A stretch of 64,000 nucleotides of DNA from assembly GCF_001194135.2 (NCBI RefSeq), contig NC_068981.1, forward strand, positions 158,400,619 through 158,464,618. Direction: 5' to 3'. Below the pieces are notes generated by a model. The model had not been told where the DNA came from. It worked only from the letters and a program-made list of their open reading frames with translations, and searched no databases. Shown piece after piece: positions 12,664 through 25,504 of this stretch. Positions within the stretch are counted from its first letter, which is position 1. Every line of letters starts with the position of its first letter. The position numbers and the translations under genes are program-made. The stretch is from Octopus bimaculoides. Lineage: Eukaryota.

Positions 12664-14089
12664 CATGTACTAACTGCACCAAAATTAATCAATTTTACTG
12701 TGCTTGCCCCACTTCTGCCATGGAGAACCCTCATATGCTATCAGATTTTATCAGTAAAAAACCCTTCTTCCTTCTCCATTCTTACAGAATACATGCACAG
12801 TTATGTACACTTCTTGAAATATATTGATTATTTGACAAGAGAAAATAATTAACCAATGGTTCATGTTAACTAAGGTAGAAAAAATTTCTTGTTCAGCTAG
12901 TATTTTCTTTTCCATTTAGAAACCTTATACCTTATACAACATGCACGTGTGCACACACACATACACACACGAACTTAGCAGCACAATTTCCTTCATCATT
13001 CCTTGTTATGTTTAAAAAATTGGATTGCTCATAGCTAGAGTGCCATTCATGATATGTCACTTTAGTAAGTGCTGACCTTTGGGTTAAACCATACCTATAT
13101 TGAGTGCTACACTCAATATGTTCTACAGCTCATAATGAATGAAAGATATGATGGGAAAAATGGGCAGAGTGCCACAATATACTTGGTCTATGATTATCTC
13201 CATGGATCTACTGATTTGGATCATTTTACAGCAATAGACAGAGGAGGCCAAGGCTAGCAAATAGTTTAGTTTTTGTCTCCTCTGTCCTTGCCATCTACCA
13301 CTCATTGTGTTATTATATTTGTATCTTCTTTAGACCACTGTCTAATTGTTTCAACCTACACAATGGGAATCAAACCTGATAACTTTTTAAAATCTTATGG
13401 ATTTAATAGAACTGGTAACACAAGAATCTTTGAATTACTCATTTAAACAGAGAGTATCTTTCATATAATTCTATACTATATTTATGTATTTCTTTATTTG
13501 TTGGTCAGTAACTTAACAGATTTTATATTTCATTGCCACCAAATTTTCTACCATAATATTTAATTAAATTATATATTAATGTTTAATACAATATTTCTTA
13601 AGGTGGGGTATGGAAACGTTTTGGTGGGGTGTAAGTAACAAATGAATAAAACTTGCAATGGAGTTTTAATTAAAACTTCTTTTGAATATATATCTATGCT
13701 GTAAGTTGGCCATTCATAGTGAGGAGCATGTTTTTTGGGGGTTTTTTTTGAAAATTGAAGTGGGATGTGTGACAAAAAATAGTTATAAACATGGTCTAAA
13801 ATAATTGATAGTGATGGAGAGAACATCAATTTAGTTAGGTCTGAGTTCAAACTGTGCCAGGATCTGTAAGAAGAATTATATTTGACTGTATCGGTTCTCT
13901 ATAGATCTGTGATCATGTGTCACTATTTTATACATTGTATTATATATATTATTCTTTTATTGTGTCAATCATTGGAATGTAGCCATGCTAAAACTCAGTC
14001 TTCAAAAGTATCTTGTAGTTTAGTCTGCTGCTGTTTTACCCATCTATATTCTCAAATTCACCTGTTGGATGTAAAAGAAAGTAACTTCA

Positions 14090-14108
14090 TTTCTGTATCA
14101 ACACACAG

Positions 14109-14154
<46 letters not shown>

Positions 14155-14290
14155 TATTACACAGCTTCCATTTACCAAATTTGAAGGTATTGGTCAACCT
14201 GAAGAAGTGGAGGAAACACTTGTCCAAGGTGCTATGCAATGGGATCAAACTTTAAACCACATTGCTGAGAGGCAGATTTCTTTGATGTAG
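14090..14290 (-). repeat. Degenerate tRNA-head SINE with (CA)n
   Basis: (ca)n followed by ggtattggtcaacctgaag...acacttgtccaaggtgctatgcaatgggatcaaac. Confidence 0.55.
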
Positions 14291-14744
14291 TTCTGTACAA
14301 TTTGAGCATCTGTAGGAAAACATCTGTATGAAAAAAAAATGTGAGCTGGGAGAGAAGTTTTCACATCTGAGGAAGAATGACTTGGCCAAACCAGGAAGTG
14401 AAAATCAGCAAAGATGAGGAGAAAAACAAAAAGCGGTGGTGGAATGGAGTAGAAGTGGTATGCAATTTACTAATTCAGGAAAACAGTGGTGGTGTGTTAG
14501 CTGCAGAATGACAAAGAGGAAAACAGAGCAACTGAACCAGTTGTTCTAATTTGTTGGAGGATTTAGTTTTCATCAATGAACTGGGTGGTTTTGATATGGT
14601 TTAGCATGTGTGATATTGCCATCCCAGATATGAAAATAGAATGTTAACAATTGATCAGTGCTCAAGTTTTATCTAGTCATAGAACTAAGTCTTAATCTAT
14701 TGTACAAGCTATTTTACTGCATCACTGAAGATTAAGGTGGTTAT

Positions 14745-14880
14745 CTACCAGAAGTGTGAAAGTTTTGGACTTACAACTTGAAGTAATTGTTCTGGCTCTT
14801 TGTGTTCTGAGTTCGAATCCATCTGAAATCAACTTTGGTTTCATCCTTCCAGGGTTGATAAAATAAGGTGAATTCTGCTT
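14745..14880 (+). repeat. Degenerate Nin-type SINE
   Basis: gttctgagttcgaatcc...aactttggtttcatccttccagggttgataaaataagg. Confidence 0.6.
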
Positions 14881-15610
14881 CCTTTTTCTCTCCCAGAATT
14901 AAGCTAATACTGCAGTGTGAGCAAGTCATGGGGGACCACTTCCCTTCCTCTAAGAAAGGGAACAAGGTTGAGCTTGAGACTCAAAAATCATACAAAGAAA
15001 CCTCAGAACTTGGCAGGCATGGATAAACCAAGGTGCTGTAGAGTACAGAATAGTTCCCTTTCTTTACCAGAAGGGTTTTCTCTTGATTACAGCTAATTCT
15101 TTTTTTTTAAACAAAAGTCAGGTAATTTGCCATTTGATGTACTACAGAAAAATAATAATAGCATGTATTGTTCATTACCCAATCTACACAATTGTTGAAT
15201 TAATACTGGGCATCTACACAGATTTATACAATCTAGCTGGAGAGCAGAGCATGCATGGTTGTAGTTTAACTAAAGCAGATTGAACCCCCACTACATAAAA
15301 ATTGTGTTCCTATGGTTGTCAAGCTCACAGAACAAAATATGTTGGTATAATGTCTCTTTAGAAAGAACTGAGTACTACAAGTTGATTTGCATATCACAAT
15401 AACACAGTTTCCATCAGTACCATGGAGATCACAAGGTTAAAAGAGAAATACAGAATGCTTTTAGCAGTAATATTTTTAATTTCTTAGAACAGCCCTCATG
15501 AAAATGATCAATAGAGGTAACAGCTCAAATTGATTCCACACAATGATTTTGGTTTACTTTATCAGTATTTATAGATATCCTAATAAATTGCCTTTTATTC
15601 ATTTGACATC

Positions 15611-15665
<55 letters not shown>

Positions 15666-16114
15666 TCAGCAATAACATCTGGAGTTGTTTTTGCTATTGT
15701 CTTTTTTATTTATTTTTAGATGTTGCAACAAATTTTTTTGTTATTAAAAAAAATCAGAATATTGACTTGCTTCCATCAGGCATATTTGCATATTTGCATA
15801 TTTGCATTCCTATGCTATTTTAAAACAATTTCCTGCTGTATGTGTGGAGTGTATATGCTTGCATGTATTTATTTATTCTGTATATATCACATTTCATTGG
15901 TTACAGGTGTTCAACAGGCCAGTCACTGGTTCACCATGTTTATGATGGCAAAAGTGATAAGGGGCTATTTGTGCAACTTGAGTGAAACAAATACCACACA
16001 TGTATTTTAGTTTGAAAGCATCGAGGTTATCAGTTTACTGGCCATTGTTTATATCTTTCACTAATATATATTGAACAAAAGACACTCAGACAAACACACA
16101 CCTATATACATTTA

Positions 16115-16146
<32 letters not shown>

Positions 16147-18603
16147 AGAATGTGCATTGGAGAATGGGAAAAAGATTATGAATGTATAATAGTTTTCAGT
16201 TGTTCAGTTACTTTGTTTTCATGAGTAAAGCCTTCCTAACAAAGTAAATATTCTATCAAAATGTTTTATGGCATTCTACCAGGAAATATTTCAGGTATGT
16301 TCTTTTCAGATAAATGAAGACAAGTAAAGTAATCTGTTAATGTAGGGTTATGACAATTTGCAAATTGTTTGGATTGAACAACAAATAATGAGCTGTCCAG
16401 CATCTCAACCACTCAACCATCATAAAAGCAGTAACATATTTTTTTGATATTTGAAGATATTTGAAGAAATATTTCTTAAATGATCACAAAAATTGAAATT
16501 GATTTTTTAGAGAAGGAATCTAAAATTGTGAGATGTTCTTTTGCTATTGACAATGGAAACTAAACCAATTTTGTGGACTCAGACTATCAGTAGAATTTAC
16601 TTCTACTCTAATTCATTCAGCATCTTCCTGTGATTTTTATTCCAATTTCTATAGCTTGATAGTTTCGATTAACTTGCTGCCTTTCTGATCCTGCTTTAGC
16701 TTGTCTGCGTAACCTAGTTCTTCCTTAGCCTTCTTAATGCTTTACTACCATGTTATGGCACTTTGTACCCAGCTTGCATTTCTGAAACATATCAAGCTTT
16801 TTCTAGATTGCTTAGCTTGACTTCTAATTTCAGATTCCAAGACCTGATGCTAAAGTCATTCCTATTTAACCATTACATATCCTCTACCTCACTTTCAATA
16901 AAGAATCACACTGACACATTACGAAGTCTAAATGCTGCTAGCACCACTATACTGTAGATACTGTGCTATTTCTGGGCTTCATTCTAAATACTAGCCTTCT
17001 CTATGGATATTGTCCTATAACTGGGATTTATCACACCTAATATCACCTTTTAAAGTGGAGCAGTTGAAGAGAAACTGTATTTTTTACATACAACTGAAAT
17101 AAACAGTGTGATTGTTCAGGATGATGTTTTAATTCAACTCAAAATTTCAACACACTGACTTTAGGCAATGTTTTTGAGATAATAATTCACAGTGTTAGAC
17201 TAATAAATGATGTCTTAAAACAGTGTCTTACAACTGTCACCTTACACAATTGCTGAAACATTCAGGATATGATGATGCTTCGTGACTAAGGCCCATGCTG
17301 GGGCTTAAAAATGGTGCTGTAAGTGACTCAGGATATTCATTAACATACTTAATCTGCTACAAGTAAGTTAAAACTACTCAACAGTAGCGGGGAGTTCTTC
17401 AATGTTCCTAGATTTAAGATATAGTTCTATGGTGGACCATGTCATGATTGTCTGTGCACCATTCTTTTCATTTTAAATGATTTTACAAGCATAGAAGTTC
17501 ATCTGAATATCAAATACTTTTAAAATATAAGTTAAATCATCATTATCCTAATTCTTAGTTCCTACAGCCATGAACAACATGCTTCAGATATGTTTACAGT
17601 ATGCAATCCAGCTTTGTTATTGAATACTAACAAACATATTAAGTATATCATAGATTGTAGTTTTAAATTCCAGTTCTATTACTAACTCTGGAACATTAGA
17701 ACCTTTTTTACTCACTTATAAAATTTAACTTAACCTCAATCTTTCATCATTTACAATAAATTCTCTTTTATTTTCAAAATATTCAAAATGGTAATGATGT
17801 TGATGACTTATGAATTACAAATCTGCTTATGTTTGTTCTACACATTGCTTTAAATATATATTATTACTATAGGAAAAAAAAAAGCCAAAATCTATTGTTT
17901 GGGTGGGGTGGAGGTGTTTAGAAAATGAAAAAAAAATGAATGTAGAATCTGTGGATAAAATACATGTTTTGAATTTGTATAATAATGAGGTGTGAGCAGC
18001 AGTAAATAATAAAACTTCAAGATGGTTGATGAATCAAGAACGGGGAAAAACAAATTAAAAATCAATATTACGCGAAATTGTGTCCAGATGAACTTAGATG
18101 AAAAATAACAGTTAAAATAAATGGTGGGGGGGGAGCGAACAGATTGGCCGATCTGACGATATAATATATGTTAAATTCAAATTACAATAAACGTAAACAA
18201 ACGAAGTTTGCTTTTAGAAGCGTTGAGATGTCTTAGAAAGTTAGTGATTTTTAGATTCTCAATCGCAGGATAATGCTAATAATATGATATATTCATGTGT
18301 GCGTGCATACATGTATATGTGTATATATATAAACGAATGATAGAGATGGAAAATGGAATATATGAGAAACTTTATTTCTCACATCGATGCAAGATGGGTC
18401 GAAACGATCGTTGTCAGCAATAAAATTTCTCGTATATTCCATTTCCCGTCTCTATTATTTGTTATATACTCAACGAACACTGAAGAATTCCTGAAGCAGA
18501 TCCAGCAACAATTGTGTAAATATCGTGGATGACGTCAGGTAGTATCAGCATTGAACGTGCTTCAGTTAACTACTCGGTACATTTTCATTGCATAAATTAT
18601 ATA

Positions 18604-19487
18604 TTGGGTCATCCCATAAATAATGTGGTTTTTTTTTTTATACTTCTTTTATTTTTCAAAATTAAGATAAAGTTCTTTTTTAATTTAAAATATACTCTCC
18701 TTCATTTTCTACAATGCTCTTCCATCTATCTCGCAGGCTTGCAAGGCCCCTCTTCCAAAGTTCACTTGTCCGTGACGAAAAATACTCCTCCAGTACTGTT
18801 CTGACTTCGTCTACAGAATTCATATTTTTTCCGTTCAAATGATTCTGAAGACTGCGGAATAAATGATAATCAGATTAGGCAATGTCCAGCCAATATGGTG
18901 AGTGGGACATCGTTTCCCATTCAAATTGCTCCAGCTTTTGGAATGTCATCCTCGCTATATGTGACCGAGCATACAGACTCGGAAAGTTTGAGGAACCCAT
19001 TGACCCAATTCGTTGTCTTTTCCGATGGCATGCAGGTGACGATGAATGATTGAATAACCAAATCCTAGTTCCTCAACAGTTACAGTGGGATTTTGTTCCA
19101 CTAATGTTTGCAAGACGTCCTCATTAAGCTTTACAAATCTTCCAGGATGAGGCTCGGAATTTCTGGAACCACCGTTGACGCTGGCTTACTCTTATTGTCA
19201 GATCCCCATAAACTGCATTAATATTCCTTGCACTTTCTGTTGCGTTGTTGCCTTTATTGAATTCATAAAGCAAAATATGCCCATTATGATGCTCCTCGTC
19301 ACTTCCATTATAGCTTTGAAAAAGTAACTTAAAATCGAACTGCATTCTTCCAAACTTACACTAAAGACACAAGGTAAAATTACTACCTGCTTTTATAGCA
19401 AGTAGATGCAGGTAGTTTATTCCGTCTCCCTCCGACTTTTTGTTCATGCAATTGAAAAAAACCCTCATTATTTATGGGATGACTCAA
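18604..19487 (-). mobile_element. Mariner element, internally deleted, with TIRs and TA target duplication
   Basis: TIR TTGGGTCATCCCATAAATAATG at 18604 pairs with CATTATTTATGGGATGACTCAA ending at 19487; TA flanks both ends. N-terminal HTH: HILLYEFNKGNNATESARNINAVYG...RWFQKFRA. C-terminus: SDYHLFRSLQNHLNGK...RWKSIVENEGEYI. The middle of the catalytic domain is missing. Confidence 0.92.
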
Positions 19488-19827
19488 TATATATATAATG
19501 TATGAATATATACGACTGAAAGTGGTACTCAACACATTTAGTACAAGTTAGATATATTTTTAACAGTTTGACTCAGCTCCATAGGACATATAATTTTATG
19601 GGCACGAAGGGTGGATCTATCTCATCAGATAACTGGAGAAGAGTAAGAGATTTAAGATGGTTTCCATTAGTCAGCTCAGATCATGTGATGTTAATGATGT
19701 GGAAGCGACACTAACTCTTCTCTTTATTCTTAAGCCCAAGTCTTCGGAAATTGATTTCACAGGAAGCCATCGCCACTTTGTAGGCAAGCTGTAGTATAGT
19801 GTATTTAGTAACATCAGTTCGTTGTGT

Positions 19828-20100
19828 TGTGGAGGCACGTGACCTAGTGGTTAGAGCAATGGTCGAGGGATCGCGGGTTCGAATCTCAGACTGGGTAATG
19901 TGTGTTTATGAGTGAAACACCTAAGCTCCACGTGGCTCCGGCAGAAGGTAATGGCGAGCTTCTGCTGACTCTCGCCACAACTTTCACTCTTTCCTCCTGC
20001 ATCTAGCAGCTCACCTACGACGGACCGGCATCCCGTCCAGGTGGGGAACCTATACGCCAATGAAACCGGCCCTTATGAGCCAGGCATGGCTCGAGAAGGT
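19828..20100 (+). repeat. tRNA-derived SINE (third family)
   Basis: Box A/B-like head ggaggcacgtgacctagtggttagagc...gggttcgaatctc followed by a body ending gaaaccggcccttatgagccaggcatggctcgagaagg. Confidence 0.75.
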
Positions 20101-20489
20101 AGGGCGGGTGAGTTGGCAGGGGCCAGTAGCTCGGTGGTCGTTCTGTGAAGTATTAACACATTAATGGCAGCAATCTTTATATAGGAATTGGGTCAAAAAT
20201 GAGGCTGGATGATCAACATAGTTGGGGCTGCAGTTTATACAGACGGCAGGGATTAAATATCTTGCTCTAGTGTGAGGGACAGCCAGGCCTAGAATATATC
20301 AGCTGCCAATGGTTTGAAGTTCATTAACAAGGCATACCTCTGGTGGCAACAATAACAGTTCATTCTTCTGTTGATAGCTACTGCAGGGTGGTGGAATATG
20401 TGTAGTTTCTCGCAGAGAGAGAGCTGACAATTGCGAGTTCTAGGTGAGTAATGGGGTGAGGTGCCCGTCAATACTCTCGAGTAATTGTG

Positions 20490-21571
20490 TCCCAACATAA
20501 GAGTCAGACGGTCTTTAGAGATCTTAAAACCATGTATAGATTTCTCCTTAGCTATGAAGGACCGATCTGGCATTCTTTTTCAGGAATGCTCGGTCACATC
20601 CACAATGAAAATTTGCCGATAAATAAAGCTTTCGTCTTCTATAATCTTTGCTATTGTTGCAGGTAACTCGACCACAGCTACTACGTCCGCCGATGCATAT
20701 TCGCCTAGGACCTTAACTGTATGAAGATTGTGTCGCTGCCAGAATCGCCTAAACCATCTTAAACTGGCCTAGAAATTTTCTGTCATGCTGTTACCTTCTT
20801 AAGGTCATTATGCAACGAAAGCGCTTTCTCTTGAATTATAATCTGGTTTACAGGAATGTGCTGGTAACTTTGCCGTTCAAACCAAAGACAAAGAAGCTTT
20901 TTTTTTTCTGTGGACGGTTTTGCTAATTTTCATATTGGTTACGGTGCTCTTCATCCCTCGAACAGTATCTTAGGTGACAATTAAATTCTTTCTTTGCCAT
21001 GGATAATAGCAAATACCATGGTTAGACTTAAGCCATAAGCACGCACTATCACTACCACTTTTTCTGCATCATTAACTTATCCTCCGAAGAAATAGTATGG
21101 CACTGAATACTACCAGGATTAGATCTGGCAACAGGAGCTTTCTTGTGAGCATAGTGTATGAAAAAAAAAAGCTCAAATTTATACTCAGTTTATACAAACA
21201 CACATTTGAAATTCCTGGTACGAACTACAATGCAACCTCTTGGTGGAATACTGCAACTGTTGGCCCGTAACTCGTATAAATAAGAGTAAATATTGTAAGT
21301 ATGTACATTAAAAAAAAATTGCTTTTATCTATTTTAACAAACGATCAGTATATAATCTCTACTTCAGTATTAGTTTTTAGGATTTCCTAAAATTTTTATG
21401 CTTTCAAATATCTTTGCCGAGACCGGACGCAAAACTGATTGATGTTAGGGTTTATTTTTTTCATTGATGTCTTTAAAAAAAACTACAAAAGCAAAAAACA
21501 GAACAAAAATACCCCCCCCCCCACTGAATCGAAAAAGACGTAACGCGAAACGACGTAAACTGAGGTACATC
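20490..21571 (-). mobile_element. Tigger/pogo (TIGD-like) transposon, 5' part, degenerate
   Basis: Minus-strand frames give ASLRWFRRFWQRHNLHTVKVLGEYASAD...KIIEDESFIYRQIFIVD...KRMPDRSFIAKEKSIHGFKISKDRLTLMLG (CENP-B HTH end plus DDE_1 start). A TIR-like TA-GATGTACCTCAGTTTACGTCG ends at 21571. The 5' boundary is less certain than the coding part. Confidence 0.8.
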
Positions 21572-22899
21572 TACATATTCTTTCTCTCACGATAAGGGAA
21601 ATCACTCCCAAGGTACCTCAATAGCAAATTTTCAGTTTTTGACAAGGTAAACAATTTACGGCTCGAGGTATCTCAGAAACGAGAAAGAAGCGTCTTTGAT
21701 AGTACTTATAACTATTACAAAATACAACAGGAAATGAATATAACCTTATATGTATGCTTAAAGTGATTATTGCAAATTGTTTTAGTTTGGACGCACGATT
21801 TCAGTACCTATCGAGAGACAAAGAACTCCGAAAATTAGAGTAGTCTCCCTTTCTCTCCCCACCTCCGCCATAAATGTGTATCTAGTCATACTCTGAGTTT
21901 ATAGCTGTATTGACTGGAGTCACGTAAACAAAGGCCATTATCATATTCATCATATCTAGATTAACATATGTAGTGGATTTTGCATATGCATGAAGTGGAT
22001 TCGATCCACCATAGACAAATTTAAATTAACACTGCAACAGAACTTTTCCCACGGTGGAACAATGGTTTTTCTGTGACAGCAGTTTTACATTTTCCAGATG
22101 CCTTTAGCTAGGCCGAAATAATGTCTTCACCACTTGACCCTTTCTAACCTCTTCTACTTCCCCAAAAGCTAGAATTAAGATAACAAGACCACCAACTAAA
22201 TCCATTGTTCTCAACGATATGTCTATCCTTCTGGATAGTTATAAAAACAAGAAACCCCAATCAAAAAAACCAGTTCAGTCACCAGTCGGTGACGACTAAA
22301 CGAGTTCAGTCACATGGTGACGACTCAGTGAGAACGAAGTCTGGCTGACCAGCTAGAACCTTGGTCAGAGGGAGAAATGAAGTTTACTGTCAGCAACTGT
22401 GAGACAACGTCCAACACCCTACAACTCTCACTAGTTCTAGTTCTATTCTCTCTTACAAGATCATTCTATCTCTCTCTGTAATTACTACTAAACAATGAAG
22501 AGGACACAAACACAAACTTTACTTCGCATGCTTTTGGATCTGTCATAACCTGCCCGTCGAGGCAAGGTACTGTAATGTAACGGTAAATAAATACTTTCTT
22601 AAAACTCCATCCAACAACATGCCGTTATAACAACAAATTATTATCGTTACAAACTGGCGATCTCGACGTTGCATCATAACAGGTATCGCTACACAAATTA
22701 AAAACTTTATCGTTACACATATAACAAAAACAGAAAGAGATATAATTCTTCTAAGTGAATAACTTGATTGGCAATGTTTTTTTTTTTTGGTCAAAATATT
22801 ACTGATTTGTAACTATTAATGTTAGTTTTTTCATGCAACTCAAATTCACCAGGTATCTTTACAAAATATTGGTGTTACCATAGTCTGTAAATCCAATTA

Positions 22900-22965
22900 C
22901 ATTAGAATTCACATCTCTATTATCAATTCATGCATTAGAATTCACATCTCTATTATCAATTCATG
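22900..22965. repeat. Perfect 33-bp tandem duplication
   Basis: cattagaattcacatctctattatcaattcatg occurs twice in tandem. Confidence 0.9.
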
Positions 22966-23025
22966 TTTTCCTCCTCGTCGTCGACGTCGTCATCACTTAT
23001 CGTCCGTTTTCCATCGACAGGAATT

Positions 23026-23237
23026 CTTTTCTATTCTAGACACAAAGCCCGACGTTTGGGGGGAGGGGGCAGTCTATTAGATCCACCTCAGTACGCAATT
23101 AGTACTTAATTTATCGACCCCGAAAGGATGAAAGGCAAAGTCGACCTCGGCGGAATTTAAACTCAGAACATAAAGACAGACGAAATACCGCTAAGCATAT
23201 CGCCCGGCGTGCTAACGTTTCTGCCAGCTCGCCGCCT
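23026..23237 (-). repeat. Young Nin-type SINE with 19-bp target-site duplication
   Basis: Flanked by ttttccatcgacaggaatt at 23007-23025 and 23238-23256. Core gaccccgaaaggatgaaaggcaaagtcgacctcggcggaatt. Confidence 0.88.
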
Positions 23238-23562
23238 TTTTCCATCGACAGGAATTAGCNNNNNNNNNNCATATCGCCCGGCGTGCTAACGTTTCTGCCA
23301 GCTCGCCGCCTTTTTCCATCGACAGGAATTAGCAAGTCAGAAAACTGCACCAAACTTTGCTGTCTGGTTTGACAAAGTTTCTACGGCTGGATGCTCTTCC
23401 TAACGCCAACCGCTTTACAGAGTGTACTGGGTGCTTTTTAAGTGGCATCAGAAGTATTGATGTCACTAAGTAACTTACAAGACAAGACCCCTCAAATGTG
23501 GTGGGAGTAGTATTGAGGGACAGAAATAGATGTCTTGCAGTAGAGAAGGATAATTGCTGCCT

Positions 23563-23630
<68 letters not shown>

Positions 23631-24046
23631 GAGGGAGGTTTATATTATTAGAGAGAGTGATGGATAGATAGATAAATTTGATGATACAACAGTACAAGTT
23701 CAAACGTTCAGTTTTTGTCTTTTTCTAAACACCATTGAGGATGAAATTACGATGTTTTAAAAACCATCATTTATAGTATATTTTAAAAACTGTTGCATAA
23801 GCATCGCTTCAGTATCTTTTAAAAAAATCTTTCACTCCGACCTTTCTATGAACTTTATCTGCAGTGATACAGTTTTTGAATTCCTAACATTTTGTTCTGT
23901 TATCGACATATTCATAAAGAATTCAAAGTATAGTATAAATGTATCTGGAGGTGGGAGTTAGCAGTTATAAATCGCTTTGTTTACGTTTTGAAAATATGTC
24001 CTCTGATGCAATTCTATGATTATAGAGACTGACGGATGTCATCAGT

Positions 24047-24240
24047 TCAACTCCAAAATTGCTAAGTACGCATCGAATTTGTACTACAGCTTACCATCCC
24101 ATATCTAACGCAATGATAGAATGTTTTCATCGACAGCTTAAAGCAGCTTCACTAGCACATTCCGATTCGGATAAATGGTTAGAAGCTCCGTCGATTGTGT
24201 TACTAGGTTTATGCACTACTGTTAAAGAAGCCCTAGGGGA
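24047..24240 (+). mobile_element. Gypsy/Ty3 LTR-retrotransposon integrase core fragment
   Basis: LLSTHRICTTAYHPISNAMIECFHRQLKAASLAH...WLEAPSIVLLGLCTTVKEAL matches the TTAYHPxxNGxxERxHRxLK rve motif. Confidence 0.85.
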
Positions 24241-24356
24241 TCTAATCTTTCTCATTCGTAAAATCAGTCCCACTTAATTTTGCTCAGATTGCTTTCATTT
24301 TGATGTATCGATACAACTCTGAATTTTGATTACTTTATCTCGTAAATTAAAGAATC

Positions 24357-24698
24357 TGATGTTATTCAGAATTTAAGTTGGGAAATTTAGGTAATTTTAG
24401 CCAATCAACAGACAGCATAGCATTAGCAGCTTGTTACCATGACAACAGGACGCTGTCTGTGGTTCACTTCGCTGTTGTCTCACTGTTGTCTGCGACTTCG
24501 TGGTTCACATCACTGTTGTCTGTGACGCACGTTGTTCGATGTTAATTTTTTACAATTGACTCTTCACACCACGAGTTGCTTTTTACCTGCGTGTTTTGTT
24601 ATAACTTTTCTGTGTTAGTATATTACATATTTTTCTGTGCTTCTGTGCGTTTGTATTTTTCTGTGCTTTTTCTATAGTTATTCTTATCGTAGTTTACA
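24357..24698. mobile_element. Candidate solo LTR (342 bp)
   Basis: Starts TG, ends CA, with AATC directly on both sides (4-bp TSD). Contains short internal repeats (ctgttgtct, tggttcac) and lies next to the Gypsy integrase fragment. No second copy in the window. Confidence 0.4.
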
Positions 24699-25177
24699 AA
24701 TCTAAGCATGAAAACGTGGCTCAACTTTGGAGTTTGGGAGACAGAAGCCTCCTTTTCACACACACACACACACACACNNNNNNNNNNNNNNNNNNNNNNN
24801 NNNNNNNNNNNNNNNNNNNNNNNNNNNNNNNNNNNNNNNNNNNNNNNNNNNNNNNNNNNNNNNNNNNNNNNNNNNNNTATTAGCTATTATTTAATCAACT
24901 GAAACAAGTAGAATAGTGTAATTCAAGTATAATAGCAACCAAATCTTCTTCAAATCAAACTCTACCATCATTTAGAAAATGTGTTACTGAGTACTAACGA
25001 AAAATTGTTACAAACACAGATACACACAGCGTAATATATTATATAAACAATATATGCGTATAAATTACCATTTTTCTGTAATTTTGTCTGCTTCAGAAGA
25101 AACCAAACCAAAAAACCGGATGAAATATGTCAACAAGGGATAAATACCATATACACCGCCACAGCAGTAACTGTATT

Positions 25178-25372
25178 CAGCTGAATAGACGTCAGTGATT
25201 GGTTGAAATTACAGAAATACGACAACTTTAACATTAAATAACTTGCGATATACAATTTTTTGTTTAGAAGGCTAAGAGAAAAGTTGTTTTATATGACACA
25301 TTCTACCAGTGTCCCAAGTTTGAAAGTGTTTCGTTAAGAAAACAAGTGGTGCCCATCAAACCAAAAAGATCC
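25178..25372 (-). mobile_element. Truncated single-arm copy of the Merlin-like MITE at 31951-32537
   Basis: Reverse complement of 31951-32140: gacgtcagtgattggttgaaattacagaaatacgacaactttaaca...tatatgacacattctaccagtgtcccaagtttgaaagtgtttcgtt...aaaagatcc. Confidence 0.85.
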
Positions 25373-25504
25373 GGGATCATGCATCACAGAAAATGTAAAT
25401 GTTACAAAAAAGAAAAACAGATTAGGTTTATCCGTGGAAAGAAAAACCTACGGAAAAATCCACGGTAACCTCGGGCAATATGTCCTACAAAAACATATTA
25501 CAGT

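Noticed and set aside
16600-17050. Possible decayed LINE coding remnant on the minus strand (IKKAKEELGYADKLKQ...)
   Set aside because: Too many stops and no diagnostic motif to support a call.
22190-22480. LTR-like segment with a short repeated agttcagtcac...ggtgacgact motif
   Set aside because: No TG...CA termini with a TSD could be fixed, and there is no second copy in the window.
23270-23333. Exact repeat of 23196-23259 after an 11-N gap
   Set aside because: Identical sequence on both sides of a tiny gap indicates an unmerged contig overlap, not a real tandem duplication.
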